NCBI GenBank assembly: GCA_964016885.1 | Contig: OZ024743.1 | Coordinates: forward strand, 113,522,001-113,586,000 | Length of the DNA stretch: 64,000 nt | Origin: Eledone cirrhosa | Taxonomy: Eukaryota | Direction: 5' to 3' | Shown: piece after piece, positions 23,772-38,360 of the stretch | How positions within the stretch are numbered: position 1 is the first letter of the stretch | Layout: each line of letters opens with the position of its first letter | Made by a program: the position numbers and the translations under genes | The notes under the pieces: generated by a model | Database searches by the model: none | What the model saw: only the letters and a program-made list of their open reading frames with translations | Told to the model about the DNA's origin: nothing

Positions 23772-26700
23772 ATATCTTTCTTTATTTGCCACAGGGGCGT
23801 ACAAAAATAGGACATTACAAGACGTGACGGCAGAGGTTTTACATAAAAATAACTTTAATATTAATAAATAACAATAAACTATATATAATAAAATAACAAT
23901 TGAAATCCCCAATAGGGGGGAACGTTACTGCAGGGTTGTTTTACACCCCGTGGATAGAACAACCCTCAACACCAGGAACACGTTTTGTAGGTGTTTCTGT
24001 CTTCCCTCTGTTTATCTTCCTCAACCTACAGGTTTTTATACAGAGAAGCCCCATTCACTCGGACCATTTTTGCCACATTCACCCACCTTTCAGCGAATTT
24101 ACTGAGGTGTAGCACCTCTCTCTCCACTCTCACCTTCCTTCTAAAGTGATACTTAAAGAAGAGGATAAGTTGTTGTCCGGAGAGAAAGGTGTTTGCCCTC
24201 TGTCGTTTTAACCTCGTCCACCATATTACCTCTTTCGCCATAGCCACCAGACAGAGCAAAACCACCTCTCCTTCGTTCTTAAATGAAGGCGGCGGGGTGA
24301 TCCTCCCGATGGACTCGGCTGACAACTGGATGCGTCCCACATGTGATAACAGCTGTTCGACATAATTCCACAGGTCGGTCACCCCTGGGCACTGAACAAT
24401 TGCGTGAGAACGGTTTCGATGTCCTGCTCGCATCTTCGACAGGTCCTTTTGGCAGCATCTCTGCCAGGGCGTCCATGCCTGTAGATTTTGTCTCGAACTG
24501 GTAGAGCTCCTCGATAGCACTGCCAGACCAGAGACCTCTGGAAGTTATCCATAGGCCCTGGACGGAAAGTCCTCTCGAACAGACTGGTCAGTTCGTCCTC
24601 TTCGATGCCTAGAGTTTCCCCGAGAACGTCGTCACACTTATCCTCCATTAATCCCCTATAGAATGTCGAAGTGGAGCCTCCGCTGATCGCCGTTTCCGCT
24701 TGGTAGAGGGCTGTGAGCGCCTGTAGGCACTCGAGGTGCCAGGCACCCGTTTTCGGTCTTCGCTTGACCAAGGACTGCAGCTCTGTTAGTGAGACGAGTT
24801 GTGGAAGAGCTTGTCTCACAAACGACAGCCACACCGGTTCAACGGTCAGGAATACCTAGAGATGGTGTAGCCTCAGCGCATGTTTGCGCATCAGCCACGG
24901 CATGCCCAGCCCTCCGTTAGAAGGGTGTTGACAGCAGATGGATCTCCTCACCAATGGAGCCTGTTGCTTCCAGAGGAACTTGAAGAGCAGGTGTTCCATT
25001 TTGGTAAGGTATTCGCGGGGGCAAGGCACGACTGTCAAGCAGTAGTAGATGACGGACGCTATGTAAGTGTTCGCCACCTCCACTCAACCTTTCAAGGAGA
25101 GTTTGCACTCAGCCCACTTCTGGGTGAGTGCAAACACCTTCGCCGTGACCTCGTTCCAGTTCTTGTCCACCTGGAGGTCTGGACCAAACCAGACTCCGAG
25201 CAATTTCACCGGTCCTTCCGTCCAGCGTCCAACGACACTGTCAGAAGGCATGGGTTTGCCTCTCCATGTGCCGAGTTGCAAACCGACAGACTTGTTTGGG
25301 TTTAGTCTTGCTCCTGTCAACGTTTCATATTCCTGTAATAGGTTGCCGATTACCCCAATTTCCGAGGTTTTTGACACCATTACGCTTATGTCGTCGGCAT
25401 AGGCTGACGCTACTTTCCGCAGTCCTGATTCGATCGGGATGCCCTGCAACAGCTCCAATTTCCGCAGTAACGACTCGTGAGTCAGTACATACAGAATGGA
25501 GGAGAGAGGACATCCCTGATGGATGGAACGCATGATTTGGAATGGCTCCGATAGGTAGCCATTCACCTTAACTGCCGAGCAGATGCTGGTGTGCATGGCA
25601 GCGATCCAGCCTCTCAAGACCAGACCGAAGCCGGCCGCCTTGAGAACTGCTTTCAAGTATTGATGGTCGACCCTATCAAATGCCTTAGACTGATCTATAT
25701 TGATCAGAGCCCCACCAAAGCCAGGTTTACACCCTACCCTCTCTATGATGCATCGCATGAGGTAGAGGTTGTCGTGTATGGACCTGGTCGGAATTGCACA
25801 CGTTTGGGCTTCCCCTACCAGGTTCTCGACGACAAGCACCAGCCTTGCTGCTAACACCTTGGCCAAAATCTTTAACTCTGTGTTGAGCAGAGTTATGGGC
25901 CTGAAATTTCTTATCTCATCCCCCTTGTTCTCATCTTTCCTGATCAGAGTTACAATGCCTCTGCCTACAGAACTGGGAATCCTCCCATTCTGCTGCCAGT
26001 TGCAGTAGACCACTTCGAGGACGCCAGAGAACAAGTCTGGCATGCCTATGTAAAACTCATAGGGTAGACCATCTAAACCAGGTGATTTGCATTTCCCGCA
26101 GCGGCCTAGGGCATCTTCTATTTCGCCTGCCATGATCGGCCTTTCGCAGCTCTCCGCATCCATGCTCAAGAGTTGCAGTACGCCTTCGAGGTAGGAGCTG
26201 AAGTCCATCACCTCACTCGATGTACCGCTTTGCCCGAACAGTTGTGCAAAATGCTGCTGGATGGCCGCACACATCTGCTTGGATTCAAGTATAATGCGTC
26301 CATCTTTGTCTTGCAAAGACCGAATTGTGGATTTGTTGCCACTTTTTGCCTCTGCCACTTGGGCCCAGCTAACAGCTTTGGCTCCCTCGTTTCTTAGAGC
26401 ACGTGTTCTACTTCTGACAATACAACCTTCGTGTTTCACGTTGAAGAACTGGTCTAGTGCCGTTCTCACCGCTAGCATGTCAGCTGTACTGCCATTCCTA
26501 AGTGCCTCTTCTATTTTAGCTACCAGTTCCTTTTCAGTTTTTTTTTTTTTCTAAAGCTACTTCCTTGCTAAATGCTATCGATTCTATTCTAATTGCTCTC
26601 TTGAGAGAGCTCCACCACCTATTGTTGACGATCGCCCCCGTCAACTGGCACTTAACTAAGGTGCTAATCCGTTTACTGTAGGCCTTACGCGCAGGGAGCG

Positions 26701-27137
26701 ACATGTTTAACTTCCAGTATCTGGGTCCCTGTCTATGTGTTCTATCAAGGTTGACTACGCAGGTTACTAATTTGTGGTCTGAATAGGCAACCATGTGCAT
26801 TTGTGGACAGCTTAATGTTTCCTTATCATTCTGTCTAATTAAAAAAATCTATCTAAATACGATCTAGAAGACCCAGTGCGGTTGCTCCACATCCACAGTG
26901 GAGCACTTGGGAAGTCTAGTCGATATCTATCAGCCAGTTGGAATTGGCTGATGAGATTTTTGAGGCTATTACACCCCTCTATTATCACAAGCTCCTACAT
27001 AGTCCCAACGTGCGTCTAAGATGCCATTCCAGTCCCCCGCTAACACTAAGGAGTGAGACGTTCCTAGGAATAGCTCCAGACGCTTGAAGAACTCTGGTCA
27101 CGATGTCCCAGTCGGGGCATATACGGCCACCAGTCTG
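23772..27137 (-). mobile_element. Tx1/L1-group LINE ORF2 (APE endonuclease, RT, C-terminal Zn region), frameshifted and 5'-truncated
   Basis: SDHKLV...YWKLN; KSPGLDGLPYEFY, NFRPITLLN, IDQSKAFDRVDH, QGCPLS, AYADD (ORF 25084..26478); GGLGMP; LPVRDK...CRRC. Flanked on both sides by (GATA)n. Confidence 0.93.
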
Positions 27138-27370
27138 ATATAGATAAATAGATAGATGGAAAGATAGGTGGTTGGGTAGATAGATAGATTGATTGATTGA
27201 TAGATAGATAGGTAGAAATATTAGTGGATATGAGGGAGGATAGATTGATAGATAGGCAGAAATATAAGTGCATATGGAGGGGGGTAGAAAGGTAAATAGA
27301 TAGGTGAATAGATAAATAGATAAATAGACAGGCAAAAATATAAGTGGATACGAGGTGGGTATAGATATAG
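27137..27370. repeat. Degenerate (GATA)n
   Basis: Directly visible; counterpart at 23560-23775. Confidence 0.85.
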
Positions 27371-27593
27371 TTGAAAAGCTAACTGTTTAGTCGTTAAACT
27401 GGAATTGTATTACAGTACTTATTTTACAGCTTGGTTATAGTGACCAACAAGTGACCAATAAAATATGGACATCAAGAATATATACCAATTCTTGATTTTA
27501 TCATCTGATGAAATGTGATGATAAAAATAGCAACCAAAATCACTCTCACAAACCACACACACACCTTACTGTCTTAAAAAAGCTACATTAGAT

Positions 27594-27742
27594 AATTGTT
27601 TCTACTTTTGGCACAAGGCCAGCAATTCACCAGTACATTACTGGTACTTTATTTTATCGACCCCGTAAGGATGAAAGGCAAAGTTAACCTCGCAAAAAGC
27701 ATGGCGTCCGACCCTCTACCGATACTGCCAATCCACTGCCCT
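27594..27742 (-). mobile_element. tRNA-SINE family A (internally deleted)
   Basis: Reverse complement of family A consensus lacking the B-box segment. Confidence 0.8.
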
Positions 27743-27838
27743 TAGATAATGATTTCTAATTTAGGCACAAGGTCAGCAAATTTGGGGAAAGGGCAAAGTT
27801 GATGAATAATCATAATTTTTAACTTCAACATAGTTAAG

Positions 27839-28066
27839 TTAACCCTTTAGCATTTAAACCAACCGTATCTGGCCAGAATTCTCTCACCTGTTTCTGTTCA
27901 ATCTGGCTGTAACTGGCTGCTCATACTGACATTAAGGCATTGTTCTCAAGATAGATAACATCAAAACCTTATAGATTCAATATTATGTGAGATAATTATG
28001 TAAAATAAAGCTTTTGCCACAAAAACACAATAGTAAATATAGAATAATGTAAATATTCAAGGGTAA
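27839..28066 (+). mobile_element. TTAA-flanked MITE
   Basis: TTAACCCTTTAGCATTTAAACC...; same family as 4683. Confidence 0.8.
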
Positions 28067-28539
28067 CATCTGTATCAAACCTGGAAGCTCATCAGTCTGG
28101 TACTTATCCCAGTTTCCTTGATGTTAATTGACTGAGAGTACAAAACTTTCCCTAGTCAGGATGCCAGTCCATTGCAGGTTTAACTCTCAGCTACTGTTGG
28201 TACTCATTTTCAGCTGAGAGTACCAGAGTATAAGGCTACATATTGATTGAATCAACCAACATGACTGGAATTTATTTTATAAACTGTGAAGACACATGAA
28301 ACCATGTAGGAATTGAACTCACCTCCCAATCAATTGGAATTATTTCTTATATAGGCACAAGACATGAAATTTGAGCGGGGTATATAGTTGCTTATATCAG
28401 TGTCAGTACTTCATTGGTACTTTATTATATCAATCAATGAAGAACTAAAAGCAAAGTTAACTAACTGAAGTAAGATTTCTTCTGAAACAAAATCCTATGC
28501 TTTGTTCAACACATTAACAATTCTCTACCAGTCTATCAA

Positions 28540-29225
28540 TAATGGTTTCTGATTTAGGCACAAGGCCAACAATTTTGTGGGAGGGGGAAATCAATTAAAT
28601 CGACCCCAGTGTCTTACTGGTACTTTATTTTATCAACCTCATAAGGATGAAAGGCAAAGCTAACATCAGTGGGATTTGAACTAAAAATGTAAAGTGCTGT
28701 AACTGAGTTCAAATTCCACCGACGTCAACTCTGCTTTTCATCTTTCCAGGCTAGATAAAATGAAGTAACAGTTAAGATCTCGACTTGGTATAATCGACTT
28801 TCCCTTTCCTCCAAATTGCTAGTCTTGTGCTAATTCTAAAAAGAGTTAATAATAATAATTGTTTCTACTTTAGGCACAAGGCCAGCAATTTTGTGGGGGA
28901 AGGGGAAATAAATTAAATCAACCTCAGTGCATTACCGGTACTTTATTTTATTGACCTCGTAAGGATGAAAGGCAAAGCTAATCTCGGCGGGATTTGAACT
29001 CAGAACGTAAAGGGCCATAACTCTATGCCACAAAGCATAATGTCTGACACTCTAATGGTACTGCCAATGGTTTCTAATATAGGCACAAAGCCAGGAATTT
29101 TTGGGCAAAAGGGAAAATCAATTATATTGACTCCAGTACTTCATGGGTCCTCAGAGTTTACCTCTGCAAGATTTGAAACTAGAATATAAAAGGCTGTAAA
29201 CATGATTCTGCTAATTCACCAACCT
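28540..29225. mobile_element. Cluster of 4 family A SINE copies in mixed orientation
   Basis: Repeated GGCACAAGGCC...GGATGAAAGGCAAAG motifs; the copies at ~28705 are joined head to head. Confidence 0.8.
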
Positions 29226-29262
29226 TAGACACTTTAGATAATGTAATGTTTGTATGATTGAC

Positions 29263-32078
29263 TGCTCCTATTAATACCAACCACTTTACAGAGTGTATTG
29301 GGTGCATGCTCCTATTAATACCAACCACTTTACAGAGTGTATTGGGTGCATGCTACTATTAATACCAACCACTTTACAGAGTGTATTGGGTGCATGTTAC
29401 TATTAATACCAACCACTTTACAGAGTGTATTGGGTGCATGTTACTATTAATACCAACCACTTTACAGAGTGTATTGGGTGCATGTTACTATTAATACCAA
29501 CCACTTTACAGAGTGTATTGGGTGCATGCTCCTATTAACACCAACAACTTTACAGAGTGTATTGGGTGCATGCTCCTATTAACACCAACCACTTTACAGA
29601 GTGTATTGGGTGCATGCTCCTATTAACACCAACCACTTTACAGAGTGTATTGGGTGCATGCTACTATTAACACCAACCACTTTACAGAGTGTATTGGATG
29701 CATGCTACTATTAACACCAACCACTTTACAGAGTGTATTGGGTGCATGCTACTATTAACACCAACCACTTTACAGAGTGTATTAGGTGCATGCTACTATT
29801 AACACCAACCACTTTACAGAGTGTATTGGGTGCATGCTACTATTAATACCAACCACTTTACAAAGTGTATTGGGTGCATGCTCCTAATAATACCGACCAC
29901 TTTACAGAGTGTATTGGGTGCATGCTACTATTAACACCAACCATTTTACAGAGTGTATTGGGTGCATGCTCCTATTAACACCAACCACTTTACAGAGTGT
30001 ATTGGGTGCATGCTACTATTAATACTGACCACTTTACAGAGTGTATTGGGTGCATGCTACTATTAACACCAACCACTTTACAGAGTGTATTGGGTGCATG
30101 TTACTATTAATACCAACCACTTTACAGAGTGTATTGGGTGCATGTTACTATTAATACCAACCACTTTACAGAGTGTATTGGGTGCATGCTACTATTAATA
30201 CCGACCACTTTACAGAGTGTATTGGGTGCATGCTACTATTAATACCGACCACTTTACAGAGTGTATTGGGTGCATGCTACTATTAATACCGACCACTTTA
30301 CAGAGTGTATTGGGTGCATGCTACTATTAATACCGACCACTTTACAGAGTGTATTGGGTGCATGCTACTATTAACACCAACCACTTTACAGAGTGTATTG
30401 GGTGCATGCTACTATTAACACCAACCACTTTACAGAGTGTATTGGGTAAATGCTACTATTAACACCGACCACTTTACAGAGTGTATTGGGTGCATGCTAC
30501 TATTAATACCAACCACTTTACAGAGTGTATTGGGTGCATGCTACTATTAACACCAACCACTTTACAGAGTGTATTGGGTGCATGCTACTATTAATACCAA
30601 CCACTTTACAGAGTGTATTGGGTGCATGCTACTATTAACACCAACCACTTTACAGAGTGTATTGAGTGCATGCTACTATTAATACCGACCACTTTACAGA
30701 GTGTATTGGGTGCATGCTACTATTAACACCAACCACTTTACAGAGTGTATTGGGTGCATGCTCCTATTAACACCAACCACTTTACAGAGTGTATTGGGTG
30801 CATGCTACTATTAACACCAACCACTTTACAGAGTGTATTGGGTGCATGCTACTATTAATACCAACCACTTTACAGAGTGTATTGGGTGCATGCTACTATT
30901 AATACCGACCACTTTACAGAGTGTATTGGGTGCATGCTACTATTAATACCGACCACTTTACAGAGTGTATTGGGTGCATGCTCCTATTAATACCGACCAC
31001 TTTACAGAGTGTATTGGGTGCATGCTCCTATTAATACCGACCACTTTACAGAGTGTATTGGGTGCATGCTACTATTAATACCGACCACTTTACAGAGTGT
31101 ATTGGGTGCATGCTACTATTAATACCGACCACTTTACAGAGTGTATTGGGTGCATGCTACTATTAATACCGACCACTTTACAGAGTGTATTGGGTGCATG
31201 CTACTATTAATACCGACCACTTTACAGAGTGTATTGGGTGCATGCTACTATTAATACCAACCACTTTACAGAGTGTATTGGGTGCATGCTACTATTAATA
31301 CCAACCACTTTACAGAGTGTATTGGGTGCATGCTACTATTAATACCGACCACTTTACAGAGTGTATTGGGTGCATGCTACTATTAATACCAACCACTTTA
31401 CAGAGTGTATTGGGTGCATGCTACTATTAACACCAACCACTTTACAGAGTGTATTGGGTGCATGCTACTATTAACACCAACCACTTTACAGAGTGTATTG
31501 GGTGCATGCTACTATTAATACCGACCACTTTACAGAGTGTATTGGGTGCATGCTACTATTAACACCAACCACTTTACAGAGTGTATTGGGTGCATGCTAC
31601 TATTAACACCAACCACTTTACAGAGTGTATTGGGTGCATGCTACTATTAATACCGACCACTTTACAGAGTGTATTGGGTGCATGCTACTATTAATACCAA
31701 CCATTTTACAGAGTGTATTGGGTGCATGCTCCTATTAACACCAACCACTTTACAGAGTGTATTGGGTGCATGCTACTATTAATACCAACCACTTTACAGA
31801 GTGTATTGGGTGCATGCTACTATTAACACCAACCACTTTACAGAGTGTATTGGGTGCATGCTACTATTAATACCGACCACTTTACAGAGTGTATTGGGTG
31901 CATGCTACTATTAACACCAACCACTTTACAGAGTGTATTGGGTGCATGCTCCTATTAACACCAACCACTTTACAGAGTGTATTGGGTGCATGCTACTATT
32001 AACACCAACCACTTTACAGAGTGTATTGGGTGCATGCTACTATTAACACCAACCACTTTACAGAATGTGTTGGGTGCA
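29263..32078 (+). repeat. 44-bp satellite, 64 units (TGCTACTATTAA[T/C]ACC[A/G]ACCACTTTACAGAGTGTATTGGGTGCA)
   Basis: CCACTTT recurs every 44 nt from 29281 to 32053 without phase shift. Confidence 0.97.
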
Positions 32079-33174
32079 TTTTATTCTGTCATCAGGATTA
32101 TAAGATGTTGCTACGTTTTCAGTATAACTAAAGGATCCTTTGAATCTTACACTGTCCCTAATTGTTTGACTACATTTTACAGAGTGCACAAGGTGCATTT
32201 TATAATTGCACCTTCACTAGTGAGTTAGTGGAGGTGCCTGGCCTTGTGGTAAGGGTGTTGGACTTAGGATTATAATGTTGTAGATGAGTACCAGCAATAG
32301 CTGGGAGTTTAACCCTGTGATAGACTGGCATCCTGTCCAGTGGGGAGGGGGTCTTGTACTCTCAGTTACTTCACACCATGAAACTAGGATAAGCACTGGC
32401 CTAATTAGCCTTCTGGCTTAAGACAGACTTTAGACTTTTTAGACTAATGAGCTTGCCTTGCATTTCACTATCTAATATCAGAAACTGGTGAATAGAGAAA
32501 AGAAAGGTCTGATTTTCAGATCGAACTAAGAAAACAAAACAACTTTTTTATTGGCCTTTCCATTGCTGATAACTCTCTGAAACGAGAGCACAGAGAACTA
32601 AAATAAATAGCAAGACTCCATTGCTCTAATGACTTGGCCAATTGTCTTTTTGTTGTTTTTTATGAGTAAATATTTGTTAATTATAAAGGAGAAGGTAGTT
32701 TAACAAGGAAATAATGGCAATATGATTAATAAATTGAACAGATGGCATAATGTATCAACATGTCTAAATGAAAAGAGCAGCAGACAACATTGTCATGTTG
32801 TGACATACAGATATGAAGAGACAGAAAATAATGTTATTTTGTTTCACTATTTGTTGTTGTTTTATTGTATGTAATAACTGTAATTATATTTTTTTTTTTA
32901 CTCATCTTGAAATTATAATTATTTTATCAGACTATATGTGGTAGTGGTAGCAGTACACTTGAGTTTTACTTGGTTTACAACACTAGTTGGTTGATGGCAA
33001 TAGGAAGAAATGATTATGATGATGATGGTGGTCGAAGTGGTACTGCCACTTGTGGCTGCTGCTGCTACTATTATGTTCTGAGTTGAAATCCGGCCAAGGT
33101 TAAATTTGCCTTTCATCCTTCTTGGTGGGGGTGGGGTTGATAAAATAAACTACCATTCAAATACTGAGATCAGT

Positions 33175-33596
33175 TTAACCCTTTAGCATTTAAACCGGCC
33201 ATATCCAGCTAGAATTCTCTCACCTCTTCTGTTCAAACCACCCATAACTGGCTACTCATGCTGATGTTAAGGTATTGTTCTCAAAATAAATAATATCAAA
33301 ATGTCATAGAGTTGATCTTATGTGAGATAATTATGTAAGATGAAGCGTTTACCACAAAAATACAATAGTATATATAGAGTAATGTAAATGCTAAAGGGTT
33401 AAACAGGCCATATCCAGCCAGAATTCTCTCATCTCTTTCTGTTCAAACCATCTGTAACCAGCTGCTCATACTGATGTTAAAGTATGGTTCTCAAAATAAA
33501 TATCAAAATCTCTTTGATTCGTTATTATGTGAGATAAAGTGTTTACCTCAAAAATACAATAGTAAATAAAGAGTAATGTAAATGTTAAAGGGTTAA
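33175..33596 (+). mobile_element. Two tandem TTAA-flanked MITEs
   Basis: 33175-33402 complete; the second unit runs on from the TTAA to ...AAAGGGTTAA at 33596. Confidence 0.8.
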
Positions 33597-33869
33597 TTGA
33601 CTTTCCCTTACTCACCACAAATTGCCAGTCTTGAGCCTAAAATTTGCAGTATTCAGTTAGGACTCTCTATGGTGTCAGTTTTAATCCCACTGAGGTCAAC
33701 TTTTCCTTTCATTCTTCCAAGGGTCACATGACATCTAATTGTATGCAGAGTTGTCAAATTTTTAAATATACTTCATAAATAAATATTTTTTTAAAAAGTT
33801 AGTAGGTCTGGAGTAAAGGACAGTGCCCATTGCCTGTACAAGCTCTTTGAGATTAGAAATCTCAAATAT

Positions 33870-34095
33870 ACTTCTCTTCTTCTTTGCCACGTATTCCTGA
33901 GAGGGTCATGGGGGCAGAGTCCTCAAACACTCCTTCCAGCAGATCCTGTCAGAAGCAACTGTCTCCAACTGATCCAGTTGGATCCCTAAGCGTGACCAGC
34001 CAAGCTCATGGGTGTTATCCAACCACCGTGTTCAGTCTAGCTCTGGGTCTCCAGCGATTCTATCCTGAGACATTCTAACCATATGCCCATAGTAT
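33870..34095 (-). mobile_element. 3' end of second RTE-type family
   Basis: Reverse complement of 4460-4665 and 46890-47095. Confidence 0.75.
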
Positions 34096-34604
34096 TGGAG
34101 CTGTGATCTCTCAATTCGGAGTGAATCTCTGATCTCCAAGCTACGTACTTTATCGAGTAACATTACTCCAAAACCCTTCACAACAAAAAGTATATATTTT
34201 TTTAGTTGGTAGGTCTAGAGTAGGAGTGTCAAACTTAAAGACCCAGAAGGCCATTACTTCCTGGGGGCAAGGCACAGTGGGCCTAAAGTGAGATGATGCC
34301 AATTTGCAATACAGCTGATAGACTGCTATTTTTCCCCATCAAAATAAATGCACATATCATAGTTAGTGGAATATGAGAATTAGTACAAAATGTTGAGTGA
34401 GAACATTTTTCATTTCAAAGTTTTCTTAATTTTATTTTTGCTTTTAGTAAATTCCATTTTTTCTGTTTTCACTTTTGTTAAATTCAATATTTGTTTTTAT
34501 TTTATTGTATTTCAAGGGTAAACTACAATAACTTGTACTATATATATCATTAAAACAGGGACAAATTACCAAGTTTTAGGAAATATCACATCATCATTAT
34601 CATC

Positions 34605-34915
34605 AGGGTGGTAGATTGGCAGTATTGGTAGAGCGTCAGAAACCCTGCTTCGTGGCATAGAATTATGGCTCTTTACGTTTTGAGTGCAAATCCCGTCGAG
34701 GTTAGCTTTCCCTTTCATCCTTACGGGGTTCAATAAAATAAAGTACCAGTAATGCACTGGGGTTGATTTAATCAACTTTCCCCTCGCCCAAAATTGCTGG
34801 CCTTGGAGATGACGGAAGACCATGACAAGTGGAGAGATGCTGTGCTGAATAGGACCCATCCCACCCTTGCAAGCAGGGAAAAGTGGACGTAAAAAGATGA
34901 TGATCATCATCATTA
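34605..34915 (+). mobile_element. Family A SINE joined to an RTE-type 3' terminus
   Basis: Family A head/core to ~34805, then CCCACCCTTGCAAGCAGGGAAAAGTGGACGTAAAAGATGATG. Confidence 0.75.
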
Positions 34916-35849
34916 TCATCATTTAACATTACCTTTCCCTGCTAGCAAGAGCTGTATGTGTCTTCACAGACCAAATCATTACTGCAGTGATGTTACTGAG
35001 CTCCCAGACAGGCCAGAGTCTGCATCTCACTTACGTACAGTCTCACATTCTACTGAGTGTATCAGCAAAAGAGGCTGTCATGTCCCTTACATAAATGATG
35101 GATCTTCCCAACTCTTTGTTTGGCAAGCCATCCATGACCGGATGCCATTCTTATCACCAACCACTTCACAGGCCATAGAAAAGTAGTTTGAGGGCCTGCA
35201 TGTAGCCTGCATGTTTGAGACCCCTGTTTTAAGGAAAAGACAGTGACCATGACCTTCACAAACCCTTCGGGGGAACAAGCCTAAATTGATGTCATTGATG
35301 CTCTGTTTGTATTGTAAAAAGATTGATGAGATTTGACTGAATCTCACATCTCACCTAGAGATTATCAGCAACACATTAGCATTGGGACACACAGACATTG
35401 TGGGGAAAGCCTTTGATCTATTGATTGATTTAGCAGAAAATTTGAAGTGAACACTTAAAACAACTGAACTGAAATGGAATGGTGAATGTGAAAGTGTGAA
35501 CTAACTGTAAGGTGATGGAAGGGGTGTTAGTCTGCATGTATGTGTAAAATGTGTGAGAGTGCATGTGTGAGTGAATGATTGTGTGAATGTGTGTTTGTGT
35601 GAGTGTGTGAGTGAGAGAATGGTTGTGTGTGTTTGAGTGAATGAGAGTGAGCAAGTGAATGTATGACTGTGAATGAGTGTGTTTTGGAGAACTTGGCTGT
35701 GTGTGTGAATGAGGAAGGAAAATTGATAGTAACTGGGATGAAGGAGCCTTACTAATGTAAAATATGGGATTATAAAGAGTTAAACTGAAAGAATGATATA
35801 ACTGGAAAAAGGATGAATGAATGAAGGAAAGAATAATAATGGCTGTAAA

Positions 35850-36515
35850 GAAATGAGTTTACCAAAAATATGAGAATCTAAACTTTTCATTTCCATATTT
35901 TGAATGAAATACACAGCCAATGTGTTTCAAATAATTTTGAAAATAAGGAAAAAATTAGAGGGATTTAGTAATTCAAATAATGTTCTCGTTATTAAGCTGG
36001 TGTTTGGAACATAAAGGTTCTTAGACAAAATTATGATGCAAAATATTTAGATAAATACAATCATATTAATCCTTTTATTACCATATTTCTAATGAAAGAC
36101 ATTGTTTGTGATTTTGAAATCATTTAAAAAATAATCATGAATTTGAAGGGATTTAGTAATACAACTAATTTTCTCATTAATAAGCTGGTGTAAGGAACAT
36201 AACAAAGGTTCTTATATGAAATTATGATAGGGTTTTAGATAAATATAAACACTTTAACACTTTCATTACCATATTTTTACTGAAACCATTGCCTGTGATT
36301 TTCAAATCATTTTGAAAATAATCAAGAATTTGGAGGGATTTAGTAATATAGCTAACTTTCTCACTATTAAGCAGATGTTTGAGACATAACATAACAAAGG
36401 TTCTTGCAGAAAATAATGACTTGAGATTTTTACATAAATATAAATACTTTAAACTAAACATAATAGTATTATAGAACAAAGGACTGTTTCAGGGGGTGTG
36501 GTACCAAATGAATTA
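35850..36515. repeat. Three to four degenerate ~180-bp tandem units of an AT-rich MITE-like family
   Basis: Recurring GGGATTTAGTAAT...TTAAGCTGGTG..GGAACATAAC..AAGGTTCTT; related pieces at 5060-5150, 5700-5900, 21130-21500, 50150-50690. Confidence 0.6.
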
Positions 36516-37115
36516 AAGTGAATGTTTGAAATAACTGTAAAGAGATGTGGCAGATGGTGAATGAGTGAGTGTAAGGGTATGAGGGATGGTATGTAGATGA
36601 ATGCTATGGAGGGTGAAGGATGATCTGTGTGAGTATAAAGAATGGTGTGTGAGGGTGTGTTTGTGTGTGAGTATGAGTGAATGTAAGAGATGGTGTGTGA
36701 GTGAGAGAACAAGTGTGAGTGAGTGTGAATGGTTGATATTAACTGAGAAAACTTAAGATTAGCTTAACCAAGAAAAATTGGAAGAAGTTGTCCAGTGGAA
36801 GACATAAGATGGTATTTATATGTAGAGAAGGGTTTGTGTGTAAACATCAGCTGGGATGAAAGGGTGGGAGGAGGATGTGGGAACACAATATGAAAGATGC
36901 TGAATGGGAATAAAGAGGAAATAGTTTTCTGTTAGGGGAAGAAATAGAAAGAAGGGAATTTTTGTGAAAGATTTCTTGGCAAGAAACACATGAAGAAACG
37001 AATTGTTGGAGGAAATTTATGGGTTTAGCAACAACACCTAGACAGAATATAAGAAATTGATTTCTTCCTACTGCAATGTCCAAACATTATTGTAATTCTA
37101 CCCAATTCTGATTAG

Positions 37116-37562
37116 ATGGCTGGCTGGCTGGCTGGCTGGTTTGATGGTTGATCTGCTGATTAGTTGGTTGGCTGGCTGTATGGAAGCTTAGCTGGATGGA
37201 TGGTTGGCTGGCTAGATATTTTGCTTGCTGGTTGATTACCTGGTCAGTTGGTGAGCTGACTGGCTGGTTCTTTAGCTAGCTGGCTAGCTGGCTAGATGGT
37301 TAATCTGCTGATTAGTTAGTTGGCTGTCTAGTGGAAGCTTAACTGGATAGATAGTTGGCTTACTGGTTTGCTGGTTAGTTGGTTGGCTGAATGGCTGGTT
37401 CTTTAGCAAGCTGGCTAGCTGGCTGGCTAGATGGTTGATCTGCTGATTAGCTGTTTGGCTGGCTGGTTCAGTGATGATTGGCTGCCTGGCTTGTAGATTG
37501 CTGACTGATTAGCTGGTTCAATGGCTGGTTGACTTGCTGGCTGGCTGGCAGGTTGGCTGGTT
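37116..37562. repeat. Degenerate (GGCT)n minisatellite
   Basis: Directly visible. Confidence 0.85.
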
Positions 37563-38196
37563 GTTCTACTACTTATAAGCCATCCATTCCTTATATTTAC
37601 CATCCTCATCCTGCTTCAACCCACTTGGGTCTGGCCCTACCACATTGCCTTACCCACCCTAACCAATCACCGAAAACTAGCTGAATTGTTAATTAATTTG
37701 TATAGAAATTTATCTATTTATTTGTTTATTTAAATAGCTAATGTTGCCTGCAGAAAGTGCGAAAAAAATATATAAATAAATTAACCTAACAGAAATCATA
37801 ATACGTACCCCCCCCCCCCCCCCCCCCACACACACACACCGACAACACTACATCAGCCACCATCCTCGCCACCACACCAACCAAAACATTGTAATATCAA
37901 TATATATATATTTCAAAAAGCAGAAAGCCAAATAAATATAAATGCTCTTCTCTCTTTCCCTCTCCTGCTCTCTCTCACATACAAATACTGTTTCCACCAC
38001 CCCTTACTCTCCCCCTCTCTCTTCTTCACTAACCATTGTTTTTCATGGCTCTTGAAGTGTTTAAATTAATGGTTCTCTCCTCACCTTGCTCTAAAGGTCA
38101 ACCAAAAGAGAAGACCTAAATGTGAACAGTTTTGATGTTAACTTCCAGATATAATAGTGATGATAGTATGTAGAGTACATGGGGCATGGAACAGGC

Positions 38197-38243
<47 letters not shown>

Positions 38244-38306
38244 TCACCATATGTGTGTGTGTATATATATATATATATCATCATCATATGTGTGTGTGTA
38301 TATATA

Positions 38307-38360
<54 letters not shown>

